This document shows positions 60,824 to 64,000 of a DNA stretch of 64,000 nt, in pieces. The notes under the pieces were generated by a model. It had not been told where the DNA came from, searched no databases, and saw only the letters and a program-made list of their open reading frames with translations. Position 1 is the stretch's first letter, and every line of letters starts with the position of its first letter. The stretch comes from Candidatus Kaiserbacteria bacterium (GTDB lineage Bacteria; Patescibacteriota; Minisyncoccia; Phycocordibacterales; UBA2100): the NCBI GenBank assembly GCA_028286865.1, contig JAQBQU010000017.1:14395-78394 (forward strand). The letters are read 5' to 3'. A program made the position numbers and the translations under genes.

Positions 60824-61400
60824 GATCTTCGAACGGCTCACGCTCTGTCAGAGAGTTGTTCATCGCTTTCTGCGATTCCTCGAATGCGGCCAATTCGCTC
60901 GTTATCTTATCATATTCGGGAAGTTCTGTGGTGTTGCGGGCGCCTAGGTGCGCAAGCAGCTCCACCGTCGGTCGGTAGAGATATTCGCGGGAATCTTTGG
61001 GATTGAGCGCTCGCTCGATGAGACCCCGCGCGGTGAGCAAGCGGATCGTGGAAGAAGTGTTCACGCCGCGGATGTAGTCGATCTCGGCACGCGTCGACGG
61101 TCCGCGATACAGAATAATGGCCAGCACTTCGAGTCCGGCATCGCCTACTTCGCGGCCAAGTTCGCGCTCGAAGGCCGCTGCGACCACCGGCGAGGCTTCC
61201 TCTGATACGGCGAGCGTGACCTCGCGCTCCGTTTCTATAAGGCTCAGCGCGCTTCCCTCTTTTCGCTGCTTTAGTTCGACGAGTGCGACATTGATCGCAT
61301 CCTCTGATTCATTGAGCACTTGTGCGAGCTTCTTGCGCGGCAAGGTCCCCCCTTCGCTGAAAAGGATGGCTTCTATCTTTGATGCGAGGTCAATAGTCAT
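60792..61400 (-). CDS. scpB: SMC-Scp subunit ScpB
   Basis: IEAILF, LEVLAII.Y..P.TRAEIDYIRGVN. Confidence 0.95.
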   Translation of the reverse strand: MTIDLASKIEAILFSEGGTLPRKKLAQVLNESEDAINVALVELKQRKEGSALSLIETEREVTLAVSEEASPVVAAAFERELGREVGDAGLEVLAIILYRGPSTRAEIDYIRGVNTSSTIRLLTARGLIERALNPKDSREYLYRPTVELLAHLGARNTTELPEYDKITSELAAFEESQKAMNNSLTEREPFEDHASTSEPLSP

Positions 61401-61415
61401 AATTAGTTTCCCAAT

Positions 61416-62141
61416 TTAATTTCCATAGCGAGGCAGTCCGCCTCCTTCTATCTCGATCGTAATATCCTCAAAAAGCTTCTCCTGGGAGATGCTCGCACTT
61501 CCGGAACGCACCAGTTCGAGCATCGCTAGGAAGTATACGATAATTTCGTGACGGTCTTTGCTTTTGGTGAGTTCCGAAAAGCGCGCGCGAAATGCGGTAT
61601 TGAGTCGATGTTTGAGGCTCACGATCACGTCCTCAAGTGCGAGAACCGGGGCGACCGCCGCGCGCGCGAGTGCCTCCGGCATCGGCAGGACACTCAGCAG
61701 CTTTTTTGCGGCAGCGAGCACGGTCGCAATAGATGATTCGGCAGGACTAAACACGGCCGGAGCAGCGGGGGCACGGTACGCGAGCATGAGTGGTGCTTTT
61801 CCCCATGTCGCACGAAGTCCCTTTGCGGCAGCACGCACGATCGCATAGCGCGCAAGACGACGCTCGAGCTCTTCTACCGATTCGCGTTCGTCGCTCGAGA
61901 GTTCGAGTGTGGGCAAGAGCGTTCGCGACTTGATGAGAAGCAGTGTTGAGGCCACAAGAATGAACTGGGCCGTTTCGCCGAGCGGAAGCTGCGGCAGCTT
62001 TTCTACGTACGAAAGATACGCATCGGTCACGTCGGCAAGCGAGATATCCGATATAGACATCTTACGGTCTTCTATCAGATTGAGCAGCGCCTCGAGCGGC
62101 CCCTGGAATGACTCAGTGGCTACGTGGAAGCGGTCGTTCAT
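61416..62141 (-). CDS. scpA: Segregation/condensation protein A
   Basis: FQGPLEALLNLI, LLLIKSRTLLP, FLAMLEL. Confidence 0.95.
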   Translation of the reverse strand: MNDRFHVATESFQGPLEALLNLIEDRKMSISDISLADVTDAYLSYVEKLPQLPLGETAQFILVASTLLLIKSRTLLPTLELSSDERESVEELERRLARYAIVRAAAKGLRATWGKAPLMLAYRAPAAPAVFSPAESSIATVLAAAKKLLSVLPMPEALARAAVAPVLALEDVIVSLKHRLNTAFRARFSELTKSKDRHEIIVYFLAMLELVRSGSASISQEKLFEDITIEIEGGGLPRYGN

Positions 62142-63538
62142 GCCTTTTTTTCTTTCTTCTCTACTCGCAAACCAAGCTCGATCAGTTGCTCTGGCGTCAG
62201 TTCTTTGGGAGCTTTCATGACAGCCGTTTGACCGCCGCGGGTCATCGGAAATGCCTGCACTTCGCGTAAATACTCTTCATTCGTGAGGTTCATCAGTACT
62301 CGTTCTACGCCGAGCGCGATACCGCCGTGAGTGGGAGCACCGTATTTGAACGCTTCAAGCATATGTCCGATCCTTTCTTCGGTCTCTTCGTCTGTATATC
62401 CCATGATCTCGTATACCGACTTCAGTAATTCCGGTTTATGCGCCCGGATCGATCCACCGCCGGTCTCAAATCCGTTGCAGACGAGGTCGTACTGGGTCGT
62501 CAGAATATCGCCGACATTCTCTTTCTTCAGAAGCATGTCCACATGCTCGGGGATCGGCATCGAGAACGGATTGTGCGTGAAGGTCCACCCGCCTTCCGGG
62601 GTCTTTTCGAAGAACGGGAACTTATACACCCACGCGTAGGCTAATACATTGTTCGCCCTATCCTCCTCGGTGCGCATGTCGAACTTATCGGCTCCGTATT
62701 TTTCCATGGATTCGGCATAGGTGAGGCGCGGGAACGGCTTCTCCTTTATCGTGAAGCCGAGCGATTCGACGGTCTCGATCATCATCTCTTCGATCATGCC
62801 CATGATATCTCCCTGCTCGACGAACGACATTTCGATATCTATCTGCGTATGTTCAAAGCCGCGGTCGGCACGAAGGTCCTCATCGCGAAGAGCGCGTGCG
62901 ATCTGGAAGTATCGCTCGAATGCGCCGACCATCAGGAGCTGTTTGTACTGCTGCGGAGATTGCGGCAGCGCATAGAATTTGCCCGGCTGAAGTCTCGAGG
63001 GAACGACGAAATCGCGCGAACCTTCCGGCGTCGATTCGGTGAGCAGCGGGGTCTCGATCTCGGTGAATTTCTGCTTGAAAAGATATTCGCGGCATTTTTG
63101 TACGAACTGGCTGCGAAGACGAATATTGCGCTGCATGCGCTCGCTGCGGAGGTCGAGGTATCGATATTGCAGGCGAACCTCCTCGTTGATACCCGACGTA
63201 TCTCCGTTGATCTCGAATGGCAGCGTTTCTGAAAGATTAAGAATATCGATAGACTCGATAAGCAGTTCGATATCGCCGTTGAGCTTGTCGGCCTGAACAT
63301 TCTTCTCGGGACGCTTGTTCACAGCCCCCGTGATCGCGACCGCTGACTCCACTTTGAGACCTTTTGCGATCTCTATAGCAGGATTAGAAGGCAGTACGAG
63401 CCCTTGCACGGTACCCGTCATATCGCGGAGATCGAAGAAGACCATCTTGCCCTGGTCGCGGCGCACGCTCACCCAGCCCTTGATGGTGATGGTCTCTCCG
63501 ACATGTTGTCCCAACTCTCCTATATATGTTCTTTCCAT
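62138..63538 (-). CDS. aspS: Aspartate--tRNA ligase (short form)
   Basis: RLQYRYLDLR, TPEGSRDF, LPQSPQQYKQ, RDEDLRADR, GAPTHGGIALG. Confidence 0.95.
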   Translation of the reverse strand: MERTYIGELGQHVGETITIKGWVSVRRDQGKMVFFDLRDMTGTVQGLVLPSNPAIEIAKGLKVESAVAITGAVNKRPEKNVQADKLNGDIELLIESIDILNLSETLPFEINGDTSGINEEVRLQYRYLDLRSERMQRNIRLRSQFVQKCREYLFKQKFTEIETPLLTESTPEGSRDFVVPSRLQPGKFYALPQSPQQYKQLLMVGAFERYFQIARALRDEDLRADRGFEHTQIDIEMSFVEQGDIMGMIEEMMIETVESLGFTIKEKPFPRLTYAESMEKYGADKFDMRTEEDRANNVLAYAWVYKFPFFEKTPEGGWTFTHNPFSMPIPEHVDMLLKKENVGDILTTQYDLVCNGFETGGGSIRAHKPELLKSVYEIMGYTDEETEERIGHMLEAFKYGAPTHGGIALGVERVLMNLTNEEYLREVQAFPMTRGGQTAVMKAPKELTPEQLIELGLRVEKKEKKA

Positions 63539-63540
63539 AA

Positions 63541-63999
63541 TTATATTGTTACTCCTACTTTAGCTCGCACATCTTTCATCTTCTCCGACGCTCGGGACCG
63601 TGCGCGAGCACCGCCTTCTTTAAGCACCTGCTCGACATCGCTCTCAGCGATCGCATTGCGGATCTCGCGCATAGGCGCCACGAGTGAATCAATATCTTCG
63701 ATCAGCGCTTCCTTGAGGTTCTTGTACTTGCCCTTGTGCTCCTCATAGAGTGCCGCAAGTTCGCTTTCTGTCTTGAAGAGCTGGTGTATCGCGAATACAT
63801 TTTCCGGTTTATCACTGCCTGAATCCGTGACGATGCTCATAACTGCCTTTGCTATCTCGTCCTTAGTACCGAAAAGCGGAATGGTATTGCCGTAGGATTT
63901 GCTCATCTTCTTGCCGTCGGTACCCGGGACGGTGGCGATCATCTCAAGGATCTTCTCTTTCGGCTCCTTGAATGTCTGGCCGTAGGCATTATTGAATTT
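63541..63999 (-). CDS. trpS: Tryptophan--tRNA ligase (C-terminal part; 5' end outside window)
   Basis: KFNNAYGQTFKEP...PGTDGKKMSKSYGN. Confidence 0.9.
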   Translation of the reverse strand, partial: KFNNAYGQTFKEPKEKILEMIATVPGTDGKKMSKSYGNTIPLFGTKDEIAKAVMSIVTDSGSDKPENVFAIHQLFKTESELAALYEEHKGKYKNLKEALIEDIDSLVAPMREIRNAIAESDVEQVLKEGGARARSRASEKMKDVRAKVGVTI

Positions 64000-64000
64000 T

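Overview
Chromosomal window from a Patescibacteria (CPR) bacterium, most likely Parcubacteria; genetic code 11. The placement rests on CPR-type MraY/MurG/FtsL, a truncated AtpC, a LeuS domain insertion, L9 present and mostly SD-less genes. Core content: prs; a split dcw cluster (mraZ-rsmH-ftsL-ftsI-murF and mraY-ftsW-murG); an F1Fo ATP synthase operon interrupted by three extra genes; ahcY; ychF; five aminoacyl-tRNA synthetases; scpAB; rplI/rpmA; four tRNAs (Val-CAC, Arg-CCG, Ala-GGC, Glu-CTC). Most notable observations: (1) a covarying structured element in four copies behind three tRNAs, together with direct and inverted copies of the tRNA ends; (2) an AT-rich three-gene STAS-HATPase / DUF4325-STAS / membrane-protein module at 49.7-51.8 kb, a candidate defence or partner-switching system; (3) a ~410-nt highly structured, apparently non-coding region at 52.76-53.17 kb; (4) an array of small genes at 44.1-49.7 kb, mostly with their own TTGAC-N17-(C/G)ATnnT promoter. 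No integrase, transposase or CRISPR array was seen. All family calls are by motif recognition, without database searches.
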